Program-made: the position numbers and the translations under genes
The notes under the pieces: generated by a model
Database searches by the model: none
What the model was told of the DNA's origin: nothing
Seen by the model: the letters and a program-made list of their open reading frames with translations, nothing else
Part shown: one piece after another, positions 11,066 to 21,455 of the stretch
Layout: each line of letters opens with the position of its first letter
How positions within the stretch are numbered: position 1 is the stretch's first letter
DNA from: an uncultured Planctomycetaceae bacterium
Lineage (GTDB): Bacteria > Planctomycetota > Planctomycetia > Isosphaerales > Isosphaeraceae
Assembly (NCBI GenBank): GCA_963833985.1
Contig: CAWIAD010000002.1
Span: 1,056,001 to 1,120,000, forward strand
Reading direction: 5' to 3'
Length of the DNA stretch: 64,000 bases

Positions 11066-11710
11066 GTGGTTTCCAGGACAAGCCTCTCGAGCTCGGCCGG
11101 TCGCGCTGACCGATCCTGCCGTAAGGCAGCACGCGTCCGCGGATTGCGCGCCGGTCCGTCTCGCGCCCGACCCGGCCGTCCGCGCCATCACGGCGGATTC
11201 GATGCAAGCACGCCTGCCGCGCCCAGCCATGAAAGTCCCTCACGCTCGGTGCACGTTCCGGCTGTGGAGACGCAGGGGCTGCGGCCGAAGCCACGGGTAT
11301 CGCTTCGAGCCCTTGTCGCCGAGGACAACCAGGACCTCCAGTTGATCTTGGCGCGACAACTGAACCTGATGGGGCTCGAAGTGGTCGCTGTCGGCAATGG
11401 CCGTGACGCCGCAGCCCTGGTTCTCGCCGCGCATCAGGCAGGACACCCGTTCGACCTCGTGCTGATGGATCTCGAGATGCCGATCGTCGACGGCTACGAG
11501 GCCACCCGGCGGATCCGCGCAGGCGGCTTTGCCGGACCGATCCTGGCTCTCACGGGACATTCCAGCGACGACCAGCGGCTCGACTGCCTCAAGCTGGGCT
11601 GCAACGATTGCCTCTGCAAGCCTGTGAGCTGGGCTGATCTGACCGATCTGATCCACAGGCTCGTTCCCGGCTGCCCTGCTCCGGGTCCCATCCTCATCCC
11701 GGACGATTGA
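11066..11710 (+). CDS. Single-domain response regulator (start uncertain)
   Basis: ALVAEDN...LVLMDLEMPIVDGYEAT...ILALTGH...CKP. Confidence 0.8.
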   Translation: MVSRTSLSSSAGRADRSCRKAARVRGLRAGPSRARPGRPRHHGGFDASTPAAPSHESPSRSVHVPAVETQGLRPKPRVSLRALVAEDNQDLQLILARQLNLMGLEVVAVGNGRDAAALVLAAHQAGHPFDLVLMDLEMPIVDGYEATRRIRAGGFAGPILALTGHSSDDQRLDCLKLGCNDCLCKPVSWADLTDLIHRLVPGCPAPGPILIPDD

Positions 11711-11917
11711 GCCCTGAATCCGGCTTGCCCGCCCTTCGCACACTCCCCATGGCCTACCCCGCGCGTGCAAAATGCACTGGATGGGCAAGCGGTCGGAACA
11801 CGGTTCCCGGTTTTTCTCCATCACGCGGGAACACAGGCAATCCGTGAGGGTCACTCTATCGGGAAAGAGACCAGCGTGGGGCTGGACTGGTCTGAGGGTC
11901 TTCCCGACGGGGCAATC

Positions 11918-14900
11918 ATGAGTGCTTCAAGCCAGGATGCGATGATTCGCGGTCCGCGCTCCTCGGTCTCCGCGCCTCTTCAGGCGCTCTTCGAGGCCGG
12001 CACCCTTGCGGGGCGATCCGACGGTCAGTTGCTTGATCAATTCCAGCACGGCGGTCACGCGCTGGCCGAGGCGGCTTTCTCGCTCCTGGTCCAGCGTCAT
12101 GGAGCGATGGTGCTGGGCGTTTGCCAGAGCGTCATCGGCGATCCGCATGACGCTGAGGACGTCTTTCAGGCCGTGTTTCTGGTCCTGGCGCAACGCTCCG
12201 GTTCAATCCGGCAGGAGGGTGCCGTGGCAAGCTGGCTCTACGGGGTCGCCCGGCGGCTCGCACTGCGAGCCCGCACCAGGCTCGCGCGTCGCCGTGCCCT
12301 CGAGCAAAGACACAGAGCGGCGCTGGATTCCTCCGAGCCTGCCGGGGGTCCGCCTCCCGAACCCTTCCCTGAGCTTTACGAGGAGCTGGACCGCCTGCCA
12401 GGGCCGTTCCGCGCGGCCGTGGTGCTGTGCGATCTCGAGGGCCACTCCTACGACCAGGCTGCCGCGATCCTGCGCTGCCCGCTGGGGACCATCCAGAGCC
12501 GGTTCGCGCGCGGCCGCCGACGGCTCCGCCAGCGACTGGAACGCCGGGGCTTCGGAACGGCACTGGCCGCCGCTGGCGGCGGACCGCTCTCTCGGGGAGT
12601 TGCCCGCGCCGTGCCGCAGGCGCTCGTGCGGCAGGTGACCGATGCCGCGGTGGCTGTTGCCGGCGGCCAGTCCGTCGCCGCGCTGGCACCGGCTACCGCG
12701 GTCGGGCTGGTCGCCTGGGAGCTGAAACGTCGCGCGGCCGCCGGCATTCTCCTCGCGGTTGCCGGCCTCCTGGGCGCAACGATGCTCACGGTCGTCTCCG
12801 GCTGGCTGCTGGAGAATGGAACCAGGGGACGGGCTGATGACGCGGTGCCAGCAAGGACCGGTACGTCTGAGCAGGCCGAAGCCGCGTCGATTCACGTCCG
12901 CGTGGTCGACGCCCAGGGGAACGGCGTTCCCGGAATCGAGGTCTGCACCAGCAGGCTCCTGGCGGACGAGCTTCCCGGAAGGCTCACGACCGATGCGGCC
13001 GGCGACCTGGTGATTCCCGCGATCGAGAGGGCCGCGGAGAGCATCTCGCTCATCGCCCGGCAAGGAGACCAGTCGCTGGCCTGGCTGCGGGTTGGCGACC
13101 GTAGCGTGCGTGGGTCTCGGGGTTCCAGGGCCAACCCGATCCTCATGCCACTGCGACCGCTCACGCATCGAGTTGCCGGTACGGTCGTCGATCCCCAGGG
13201 AAAGCCGATTCCGGGAGCTCAGGTCGTGGCGTGGGTCCTCTTCCAGGAAGGTGCCGGCACCGCGCATTCGGCGGCGATGTTCCTTTTCAGGTACGACAGT
13301 ATTGCGGCCTTGCCGCGTGCCGTGTCGGACCAGGCCGGGCGGTTTCAGCTCCTGCTCCCCGAGGACGCCACGGCCACCTTGAAGGTACGTCATCCCCGGT
13401 ACATCGGGCCGAATGCTTCGGTGAAGCCGGGCGACAAGTCCATCGAGGCGGTGGTCATGGAGCCGGCCGGAACGATTTCGGGCCGCGTGATCGATGCCCT
13501 GACGGGAGAGCCGGTCCCGCATGTCCTGCTCGGCGCAGATCCTGCTCGCGGGTCAGCGGATCCTCGGCGGCTGGGGGGATGGCCAGGCGGACGACCAGGG
13601 CCGGTTCGCGATCTCAGGGCTGGAGCCGGGCGTATACAACCTGCTCTTCGAGCATGCGCCGGGACGCCCCCACGCGACGGCCTTTGGCGTGGAGGGCGTG
13701 CGCGTCCGCGCCGGCCAGAGCACAGCCGCGCTCCTGAAGGTGATCGAGGGACGACGAGTCCGGGGCATCGTGATCGATCGGCAGACTGGCCGGCCCGCGC
13801 CGGAATTCAGGTCGGCTGCTATGGTCCTGCCCGGCCCCGGTCCGGCGCGGCGGTGCAGAGCGAGTACACCCGGCCGGATGGAGCGTTCACGTTCTTCGTA
13901 CCTCCCGGCGAACAGCACGTTTACCTGATGCAGGGTGATCTCTCCAGCCGGCAGAGTCGGGCCACGGTCGACGTACCCGAGCAGGGAGACGTGGAAATGA
14001 TTAGGCTGGTGCTCGCGGCACAGCCGCCGGACCGCACACAATCCGCATACATGGCCAAGGCCAAGGCCGTTCCGGCTCCGCCCGATGCAGCCGCCGTGAA
14101 TGCGGCAAGGCCGCACGCGAAAGCCGCTGTCGAGCGCCGCACGGTGACCGGCCGTGTCCGCGACCCGCAAGGGCGGCCGCTGGCCGCAGTGCACATCAAC
14201 GTCAGCCCGAACCCGGCCTGGCCCAATGCACCGCTCGATCCTGTCCCTCTGGCCGCCAGCGACCGCGACGGACACTTCGAGCTCGCGAACGTGCCGCGCA
14301 TCCCGCTCGACATCTTCTTCCACAAGGAGGGCTTCCAGTCCCACCGGCTGGAGCTTCCCGAGAACCGCGATCAGATCGACTGTACGTATCCGCTCGCTGC
14401 CGACCCGTCCTCCAGGCAACGCCCCGTGGTTCGCGGCGACGATCCGCTGCCGGAGGCCGAGCGCGACAGGCTCGCCTTCATCGACCTCTCCCGTCATGCC
14501 AATGAGCCGCTGGGCGATGGTCCGGGCGGGCAGGGAAACGACCTGAACCGCCTGGCTCGGGGCATCCGGAATCTCGATGGCCTGTATTTCCGCGTGGGCG
14601 ACGACATGATCCACCTGGCGGGTACCCTGGCCGCCCAGCAACCGCGGAAGGTTGAAGGGATTGCGATCCGTAGCCGCGGGCAAACGCTGCATTTCCTGCA
14701 CGCAGTGCAGCAGGTGGTCGCTCCGGGAACCGAAGTCGGCGCCTACATCATCCACTATGCCGACGGCGTGACCGAGCGGATTCCCATCGTCTACGGCCGC
14801 GACGTGGTGAACTGGTGGCTCTGGGGCCGCGGGTTCCGGGAAGTGCCCAGCGCTGGCCGTGTGGCCTGGACGGGGCTGAACGACAGCGCCGAGTTGAACC

Positions 14901-15058
14901 AGGGCCTGCGGATCCGGCTCTTCGCCACCACCTGGACGAACCCGCATCCGGAGAAGGAACTCGCCACGCTCGATATGATCTCGGCCGGCACGCTCTGCGA
15001 CCCGTTCCTGGTGGCCGCGACGCTGGAGAAGAAAGAGAAGGATCGCCAGGAAAAATGA
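11918..15058 (+). CDS. Large membrane-anchored ECF sigma factor with carboxypeptidase-regulatory-like repeats and a C-terminal beta-sandwich domain (compensating frameshifts near 13535 and 13800)
   Basis: SDGQLL...HGAMVLGVC...DAEDVFQAVFLVL...WLYGVA; sigma4 VVLCDLEG...GTIQSR; TM helix; repeated GxVVDxxGxPxxG motifs. Confidence 0.88.
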   Translation: MSASSQDAMIRGPRSSVSAPLQALFEAGTLAGRSDGQLLDQFQHGGHALAEAAFSLLVQRHGAMVLGVCQSVIGDPHDAEDVFQAVFLVLAQRSGSIRQEGAVASWLYGVARRLALRARTRLARRRALEQRHRAALDSSEPAGGPPPEPFPELYEELDRLPGPFRAAVVLCDLEGHSYDQAAAILRCPLGTIQSRFARGRRRLRQRLERRGFGTALAAAGGGPLSRGVARAVPQALVRQVTDAAVAVAGGQSVAALAPATAVGLVAWELKRRAAAGILLAVAGLLGATMLTVVSGWLLENGTRGRADDAVPARTGTSEQAEAASIHVRVVDAQGNGVPGIEVCTSRLLADELPGRLTTDAAGDLVIPAIERAAESISLIARQGDQSLAWLRVGDRSVRGSRGSRANPILMPLRPLTHRVAGTVVDPQGKPIPGAQVVAWVLFQEGAGTAHSAAMFLFRYDSIAALPRAVSDQAGRFQLLLPEDATATLKVRHPRYIGPNASVKPGDKSIEAVVMEPAGTISGRVIDALTGEPVPHVLLGADPARGSADPRRLGGWPGGRPGPVRDLRAGAGRIQPALRACAGTPPRDGLWRGGRARPRRPEHSRAPEGDRGTTSPGHRDRSADWPARAGIQVGCYGPARPRSGAAVQSEYTRPDGAFTFFVPPGEQHVYLMQGDLSSRQSRATVDVPEQGDVEMIRLVLAAQPPDRTQSAYMAKAKAVPAPPDAAAVNAARPHAKAAVERRTVTGRVRDPQGRPLAAVHINVSPNPAWPNAPLDPVPLAASDRDGHFELANVPRIPLDIFFHKEGFQSHRLELPENRDQIDCTYPLAADPSSRQRPVVRGDDPLPEAERDRLAFIDLSRHANEPLGDGPGGQGNDLNRLARGIRNLDGLYFRVGDDMIHLAGTLAAQQPRKVEGIAIRSRGQTLHFLHAVQQVVAPGTEVGAYIIHYADGVTERIPIVYGRDVVNWWLWGRGFREVPSAGRVAWTGLNDSAELNQGLRIRLFATTWTNPHPEKELATLDMISAGTLCDPFLVAATLEKKEKDRQEK

Positions 15059-15064
15059 GATCGG

Positions 15065-15097
15065 GTAGGTTGGGTCAGGGGCAGCGAGGACACACGA
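15065..15097 (+). repeat. Degenerate GTAG-type REP-like element
   Basis: gtaggttgggtcaggggcagcgaggacacacga resembles the minus-strand copy at 18561-18590. Confidence 0.4.
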
Positions 15098-15113
15098 TCC
15101 CGGAGTCTTGCTC

Positions 15114-16608
15114 ATGGCTCGCAACCGCTTGATCGGCCCGCTTGTTCTTGGCGCCGTGCTATCATCCGCCGCGGCTTCCGGGCCGCCCACTGTGCAATCC
15201 AGGTTACCCGACGGCCCACGCGCCTCGCCAACCATGCTCAGGACATCACCGATGCGGTCTTGAAGCATCACCTCGATCCCCCGGCGCGGCAGCAGATGAT
15301 CCTGGCCGGCATCAAGGCCCTGCACCGGGCCGCCGGCCTTCCCGTGCCGGCGGGGTTGAGCCGGCGCGTCTCCGCGATCACCACGCGCGAACAGCTTGCG
15401 GACCTGCTCGAGGAGCTCTGGCCGGTCAAGAGTTCCGCACCGCAGCAACTGCGCGAGGCATTCGTGAGTGGTCTGCTCGAGACGGTTCCCGGCGGCGCCG
15501 AGATTGCCACGGCGAAGGAGCAAAGCGTTCAGGAACAGATCGACGGCAACCGTTACGTCGGCATCCACATCCAGGTGCGCTACGATTCCAAGGAACAACG
15601 GACCATTGTTGCCGGCATCGTACCGGGTGGTCCGGCCGACCGGGCGGGGATGAAGCCGGAAGACCGGATTGAACAGGTCGATGGAGTGGATACGCAGGGC
15701 ATGACCATCGCCCAGGTCGTGGACCGGCTCCGCGGTGCTGACGGAACCGAGGTCCGGGTGACGGTGCGCCAGCCCGGGGAGAAAGCCCCCAGAACGCTCA
15801 CGCCCACTCGCGGACGGCTGTTCGTCCCATCGCTCAAGGGGGTACGGAAGATGCCATCGGGCGACTGGGATCATCGGCTCGGAGGTTACGGCACGATCGG
15901 CTACGTCCGGCTCACCGCTCTTTCCGGCAGCACGCCGCACGAGTTGCGCAAGGTCGCCGAGCGGCTTGACTCCGAGGGATTGCGAGCCGTCATCATGGAC
16001 CTGCGCGGGCTCTCCTCGATGAATGTCCATGCCGCGGTGCTGCTGGCTGACGACCTGCTCGATGCCGGACCGATCGGCCGGGTGCGCGAGGCCGAGCGCG
16101 TGCAGACCTATGAAGCGGCGTCCGGCGCACTGTTCCGAGATCTGCCGCTGGCGGTTCTTGTTGATGCAGAAACCGCAGGCGCCGCGGAGTGGCTTGCGGC
16201 TGCGCTGCAAGACAATCATCGTGCCAGCGTGGTCGGCAGCCCGCCACAGAGCTCCGCGCCGGGGCTCCGCGTCGTGGATCTCCCTGGCGGACGGCCGATC
16301 TGCGGTCCGCGGTGCCGGTGGGAAACGGCGAGTGTTATCTGACGCTGGCGACCGGCCAGCTCGAGCACGGCGATGGCCGCCCGCTGGCGGACTCTCCCAC
16401 ACCACGCACCGGTGCTGGTATCTCATTGGACCGGCCGGGCGGAGTGCATCTGGACCGCCGGGTCAACCCTCGCAAGGTTGCTGCGGCCGCGCCGCGCCGG
16501 CCCGGTATGGACGTCTTCGGGTTCGACGACGGATCAGTGGATCTCTGGGCTGATACGGCGGTGACGGCGGCGATCGAGGTCCTGAACGCGAAGATCAAGA
16601 GCTTCTGA
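15114..16608 (+). CDS. S41 (CtpA/Prc-like) PDZ protein, apparently catalytically inactive (frameshifts near 15210 and about 16260-16290)
   Basis: Signal peptide MARNRLIGPLVLGAVL; YVGIHI, GGPADRAGM PDZ; IGYVRL, VIMDLRG, LAVLVD..TAGAAE..AAALQD. Confidence 0.82.
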
Positions 16609-16646
16609 CCTCGACCCGCGGCAGCGGAACCCGGGAGAGAGCACTC

Positions 16647-18441
16647 ATGTCCAGAAGCGCCGCGGCTTTCACCTGCCTGACGCTGACACTGGCAACGCCC
16701 TGGTGCCCGACCGCCCTGGCTCAGAAGGAGCCACCGCCGCGAGACGCCGTCACCACGCTCGCGGCAAGGTGCCGGCAGCCGGCGGCCCTGCTGCTCGCCG
16801 ACAACGACACGCGGCTGCTGGTGGCCAACCGGCAAAGCGGCAGCATCTGCGTGGTGGATACCGGCACCCTGCACGTGCTGGCCGAGCATGAGGTTGGCCG
16901 TGGACTGGCAGACCTCGCCACGCCGGGCGATGACCGCCAGCTCGTCGCCGTCGATCAGGCCGCGGGCCAGATCCTGCTGCTCCAGAGGAGCGAAGACTCG
17001 CTCTCGGTGCTCGACCGGGTGGCCGTGAGCCCCGACCCGGTCCGGATCGCGATCCTGCGGGACGGCCGCTCCCTCGTGGCGGCTTGCCGCTGGTCGCGAA
17101 AGCTGACGTTCCTGGAGCTCGCGCGGGGACGCAGCTCCCGCGGCACGAGTGCCTTGAGAGTGACCCGCAGTGTCGATCTGCCGTTCTGCCCGCGTGAACT
17201 GCTCGTCTCGCGGGACGGCTCGAGGCTCATCGTCGGTGATGCCTTCGGCGGCAAGCTGGCCCTCGTGGACGTGCCAGCGCGGTCGCTCCTGTCTGTCCGG
17301 TCGCTGCCGGCGCACAATCTCCGGGGCCTTGCCTTCAGCAGCGACGGCCGGACGCTGATCATGGTCCACCAGTTGCTGGATCCCCTGGCACAGAGCACGT
17401 TCGATGACATCCACTGGGGGCTGCTCATCGGCAATGTGCTCCGTGTACTGCAACTCGATGCCGTGCTTGATCCCGCTGCCGATCTGCTCAGGTCAAGCGC
17501 CCGGTTCGAGCTGGGCGATGTGGGGCAGGGGGCCGCTGATCCTGCCGGCCTGGCCGTCGCTCCGGACGGATCTTTCATCATCACGCTGGGAGGAGTGAAC
17601 GATGCAGCCATCACCAGGGGACCCGGTCGACCGGTGCACCGGATCGCGGTGGGCCGGCGCCCGGAAGCGCTGGTGATCGGCCGGGACGGCAAGGCCTTCA
17701 TCGCCAACCGTCTCGACGATACCGTCTCGGTGATCGAGATTGCCGGCCGCAAGAATCTGGGCTCGATTGCTCTGGGCCCTGCGCGGGCCAGCGCACTTGT
17801 CGAGCAGGGTGAGCGCCTCTTCTTCGACGGCCGACTCTCGCATGACGGCTGGATGAGCTGCCAGAGCTGCCACAGCGACGGCCACACTTGCGGCCTGAAA
17901 AGCGATACCCTGAGTGACGGATCGTACGGCGCTGCCAAGCAGGTCCCTTCACTGCTGGGAGTCGGCGGTACGGGACCCTGGACATGGATCGGAAGCGTTG
18001 AGCGGCTCCAGGACCAGGTGCGGGCATCGATGCGCTCCACCATGCACGGGCCGAACCCCGAACCTGCCGCCGACCAGGTTGCGGCATTGACGGCCTATCT
18101 TCAGTCACTCCCGGCACCCGCAGTCCTCGCAGATCCGCACAACCTGGACGAGGCTGCCGCGCGTGGCCGCAAGATCTTCACCTTGAAGAAATGCGATGAG
18201 TGCCACATTCCCCCGCTGTACACGTCGCCCGGGCGGTATGACGTGGGGCTTACCGATGAGGTGGGCAATAACCGCTTCAATCCACCGTCGCTTCGAGGCG
18301 TCGGCCAGCGCTTCGAGCCTGCTCCACGATGGCCGGGTGCAGGATCTGGAAAACCTATTCCAGCGCGTGCGGCATCCCCGCGGACTCATTCTTTCGAGCG
18401 CCGAGGTTCGCGACCTCGAAGCGTTCCTGAGAACGCTCTGA
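16647..18441 (+). CDS. Secreted YVTN beta-propeller plus di-heme cytochrome c (cytochrome c peroxidase-like); frameshift near 18310
   Basis: Signal peptide; LLVANR..GSI and FIANRLDDTVSVI repeats; CQSCH and CDECH; PSLRGV...LLHDG. Confidence 0.85.
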
Positions 18442-18560
18442 GGAGTGGAGAACGCCTCGAACAATCGTCCTCGGCGGAAACCGGCTGACCGGCTCAGACG
18501 GCATCGTCCCAGGACGTCATACGGCGTCTCCGGTTCGGCGCACGCAAGGCCCTGCCAGCC

Positions 18561-18590
18561 GGTGGGTTGCGCTACGCTGACTCACCCTAC
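18561..18590 (-). repeat. GTAG-type REP-like hairpin
   Basis: Minus strand reads GTAGGGTGAGTCAGCGTAGCGCAACCCACC: GTAG followed by an imperfect palindrome. Confidence 0.5.
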
Positions 18591-18860
18591 GGTCGGCGCG
18601 CCGTGGCCATTGTGGGACGATGCCGCTCAGTCCGATGACGTTTGGCTGCAAAGGACCTCGTACACAGAGGATGCCGCGAGCTTGTTGTGGCCGGTCTGGC
18701 ACCTGGCATGGCGGTTGCGGGAGAACTGCCTGCCCAGATAGCACCAGATAGCACCCGATGGCACGCGGCGTGAGCGGCTCTTCACTGGCCCAGAGCGTGT
18801 CGTCAACCGGGCTTTGCCGCCTGACGAACTGAACTCTCCACGGCCATGGAGTGAATAGCG

Positions 18861-19427
18861 ATGGATCCGATGCGCTCAATCGACGAGCTGACTCAGCGGA
18901 ACGTGGCCATCATCGCCGAGATGGAAAGGGCGGAAACCAACATCCGAACCCGCGGCGAGCGGATTGCCGATCGGTTGGCATCCTGGGTGGGAAGCTGGAC
19001 CTTCGTCATTCTCCAGACCGTCCTTGTCATTGGCTGGATTCTTCTGAATTTCCTGGCCTGGACGCGGCACTGGGACCCCTATCCATTCATTCTTCTGAAC
19101 CTTGCCCTTTCCGTTCAGTCTGCGTATGCCGCGCCAATTCTCATGATCAGCCAGAATCGGCAGGCCAAGCTCAATGAGCGGCGCAATCACCTGGACTTGC
19201 AGATCAACATGTTATCCGAGCAGGAGACCACGGAGATCTTGCGTTTGCTTCGCCTGCTGTGCGCGCATTCGGGCCTTCGTCTCACGGATCTGGCCGGCCG
19301 GCGTGGTCTCGAGGAAGAAACCCGGCATGTTGAGATTGTCAAGCAGATACAGGGCGAGATTGAAGCCCAGACCAACAACGAGACCGACGTGCTGGCGGAA
19401 GCACCCGCCCCGGCCGTTCAGGCTTGA
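18861..19427 (+). CDS. DUF1003 membrane protein
   Basis: GERIAD...GSWTF...WDPYPFILLNL...AAPILMISQNRQ. Confidence 0.9.
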   Translation: MDPMRSIDELTQRNVAIIAEMERAETNIRTRGERIADRLASWVGSWTFVILQTVLVIGWILLNFLAWTRHWDPYPFILLNLALSVQSAYAAPILMISQNRQAKLNERRNHLDLQINMLSEQETTEILRLLRLLCAHSGLRLTDLAGRRGLEEETRHVEIVKQIQGEIEAQTNNETDVLAEAPAPAVQA

Positions 19428-19547
19428 TTCTCGAGCTTCGCACGTGCCCGAGTGGGGAGGCTTGATCCATGCTTGCAAGTGCCCATCTTTCGGCGTCCTC
19501 GACTTGGCCTTTCGACCGGGGCGACCTGCGGCTAAGATATCGCCTCC

Positions 19548-21290
19548 ATGGTCGCGGAGCGAAATGGAGTGTCCACGCCGTCGCCGTCGAGGAAGGATCC
19601 TGTGAGTACGGCCATCACTACCACAGCCGGGTCCAGCACCCGCGCACTCCCGCCTGTTCTGGGACGGCTGCTTTCCGGAACATTCTGGCTGGCCGTACGG
19701 GTTCCGCTCCAGGTGGTCTTCGCCCTCTGGACCACCCGGCTGATCTTGCAGGCGATCGGGCCCGGATTCAGCGGTGCCTACAAGTTCGCCTGGGGCTTCG
19801 GCTTCTTCCAGATGCTCTTCGAGTTCGGGATCAGCTCGGCGCTGCAACGGCAGATCTCCGAATCCTGGACGCGTGGCGATAGCCAGGGCGTGGACCGCGC
19901 GGTGGCATGCGGCCTGAACTTCTACGCGGTGATGGCCTTGGTCCAGGTGGCCGCGTTGCTCGGTGTGGCCTACGGGGCGTTGCCGTACTCCAATTTCGCG
20001 GTCCATTCCCAGGCCCAGCTTGCCAGCATGATCGGGCTTCAGGTGATGGGAGACCCGGGGCGAGGGGTCTCGGCCGTCGTGGCGGGCATCGTCGAGCAGC
20101 ATCAGTACGCGTTCATCGTCAAGCTGCTCTGGCTGCAAGTCTTCACGGCTCCGTGCTACGGGCTCTCGGTGGTCGTTTCCAGCGTGCTCCAGGCCGCCCG
20201 CCGGTATGACTTCATTCCCCGTTTTGAGGTGGCCATCACCATCCTGCGGTTCGTGGTCCTGGTGGCCGGGGTCCAGCTTGGAGTGAACTTCTTCTACGTG
20301 GTTGTGACCCAGACGGCGGTGCAGGTCTTGCTCTCGCTCGGCCCCGGGCTTTGGGTGATGGTCCACGATCTGGGCCATCTGCCCAGGTTCCGCGGCGCCC
20401 GGCTGGCCGATTACCAGGCGCTGGTGCACATCAGCTTCTTCATGGCCCTGATCCAGATCAGCGTGATCATGGCCGACAAGGTGGATACCACGGTCCTCGG
20501 TTTCCTGCATCCGGATCCGGGCCAGGCCAATGCGGTCTATGACGTGGTCAGCAAGCCGTTTCTTCAGCTGCGGCAGACCGGCTGGATGCTGGCGTACATG
20601 GTCATGCCGGCCGTGGCCAGCCTCGCGGCTGCGCGCGACCTGAGAGGCCTGGAACGGGTGAAGTATGACGGGACGCGGCTGCACATCGGCGCGCTCTTGC
20701 CGATTGGCCTGCTGGGCTGGATCTACGCCGGCCCGTTCCTGTCGCTCTGGGTGGGTAGCCGCCTGGGATACGACGCCGCCAACGAGGCCTACCTGATGCA
20801 GCTTTTCCTGACCGCGGCCCTGCCCTTGATCCTCTCGGTGCCCGTCCAGATGGCCATCGGCATCAACAAGATCGAGGTCATCGCGCTGGCCGCACTGGCG
20901 GGATCGATCTTCAACCTGCCCATCAGTTGCTACCTGACCCCGCGGATCGGCGTGGCGGGCGTGATCTGGGGCACCGTGCTGACCACCTTCTTCTCGAACC
21001 TGCTGGTCCCCGGCCTTTATGTGTTCCGTGTGTTGGATATTCACCTGAGCACCTTTTTCAAGCGGACGCTCGGCCCGCCGCTCGCCGGCGCGGGGGCCCT
21101 GGTTGTGACCACCTGGCTGGTGCGTCATGTCCTCCCCGTCAGCTACCCGGGCACCGCGCTCTACACACGGGCGTTCCCTCTGCTCATTCACCTGGCGGCC
21201 GGCACGCTGGCCTACGGCCTGGGCTATCTGAGCGTGCCGGCGGGCAGGGGCGATCTGAAAGAGCTGTGGGGCAAGCTGCGGCCGAGATGA
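19548..21290 (+). CDS. Wzx/MATE-like oligosaccharide flippase
   Basis: About 12-14 hydrophobic segments; FEFGISSALQR, DKVDTTVLG, GVAGVIWGT. Confidence 0.78.
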   Translation: MVAERNGVSTPSPSRKDPVSTAITTTAGSSTRALPPVLGRLLSGTFWLAVRVPLQVVFALWTTRLILQAIGPGFSGAYKFAWGFGFFQMLFEFGISSALQRQISESWTRGDSQGVDRAVACGLNFYAVMALVQVAALLGVAYGALPYSNFAVHSQAQLASMIGLQVMGDPGRGVSAVVAGIVEQHQYAFIVKLLWLQVFTAPCYGLSVVVSSVLQAARRYDFIPRFEVAITILRFVVLVAGVQLGVNFFYVVVTQTAVQVLLSLGPGLWVMVHDLGHLPRFRGARLADYQALVHISFFMALIQISVIMADKVDTTVLGFLHPDPGQANAVYDVVSKPFLQLRQTGWMLAYMVMPAVASLAAARDLRGLERVKYDGTRLHIGALLPIGLLGWIYAGPFLSLWVGSRLGYDAANEAYLMQLFLTAALPLILSVPVQMAIGINKIEVIALAALAGSIFNLPISCYLTPRIGVAGVIWGTVLTTFFSNLLVPGLYVFRVLDIHLSTFFKRTLGPPLAGAGALVVTTWLVRHVLPVSYPGTALYTRAFPLLIHLAAGTLAYGLGYLSVPAGRGDLKELWGKLRPR

Positions 21291-21455
21291 AGCCGCATCC
21301 GTACAAATCAAGCCTGTCCGCCCGACGGAGCGTTGCCGAACGTCTTGCCGACGGTCATACTCGTTCCTTTCGATGCCCATCCAGTGCGGCAGTGCGCCTC
21401 TCCCTCGCTCTGTCCGTTCCATCCTCCACCTTTCCCAGCAACCCGGGATCGCACC

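Noticed and set aside
16647..18441. Hydrazine synthase beta/gamma fusion (anammox)
   Set aside because: Only a generic propeller plus di-heme resemblance; no hzsA or anammox context, and O2-dependent dioxygenases are nearby.
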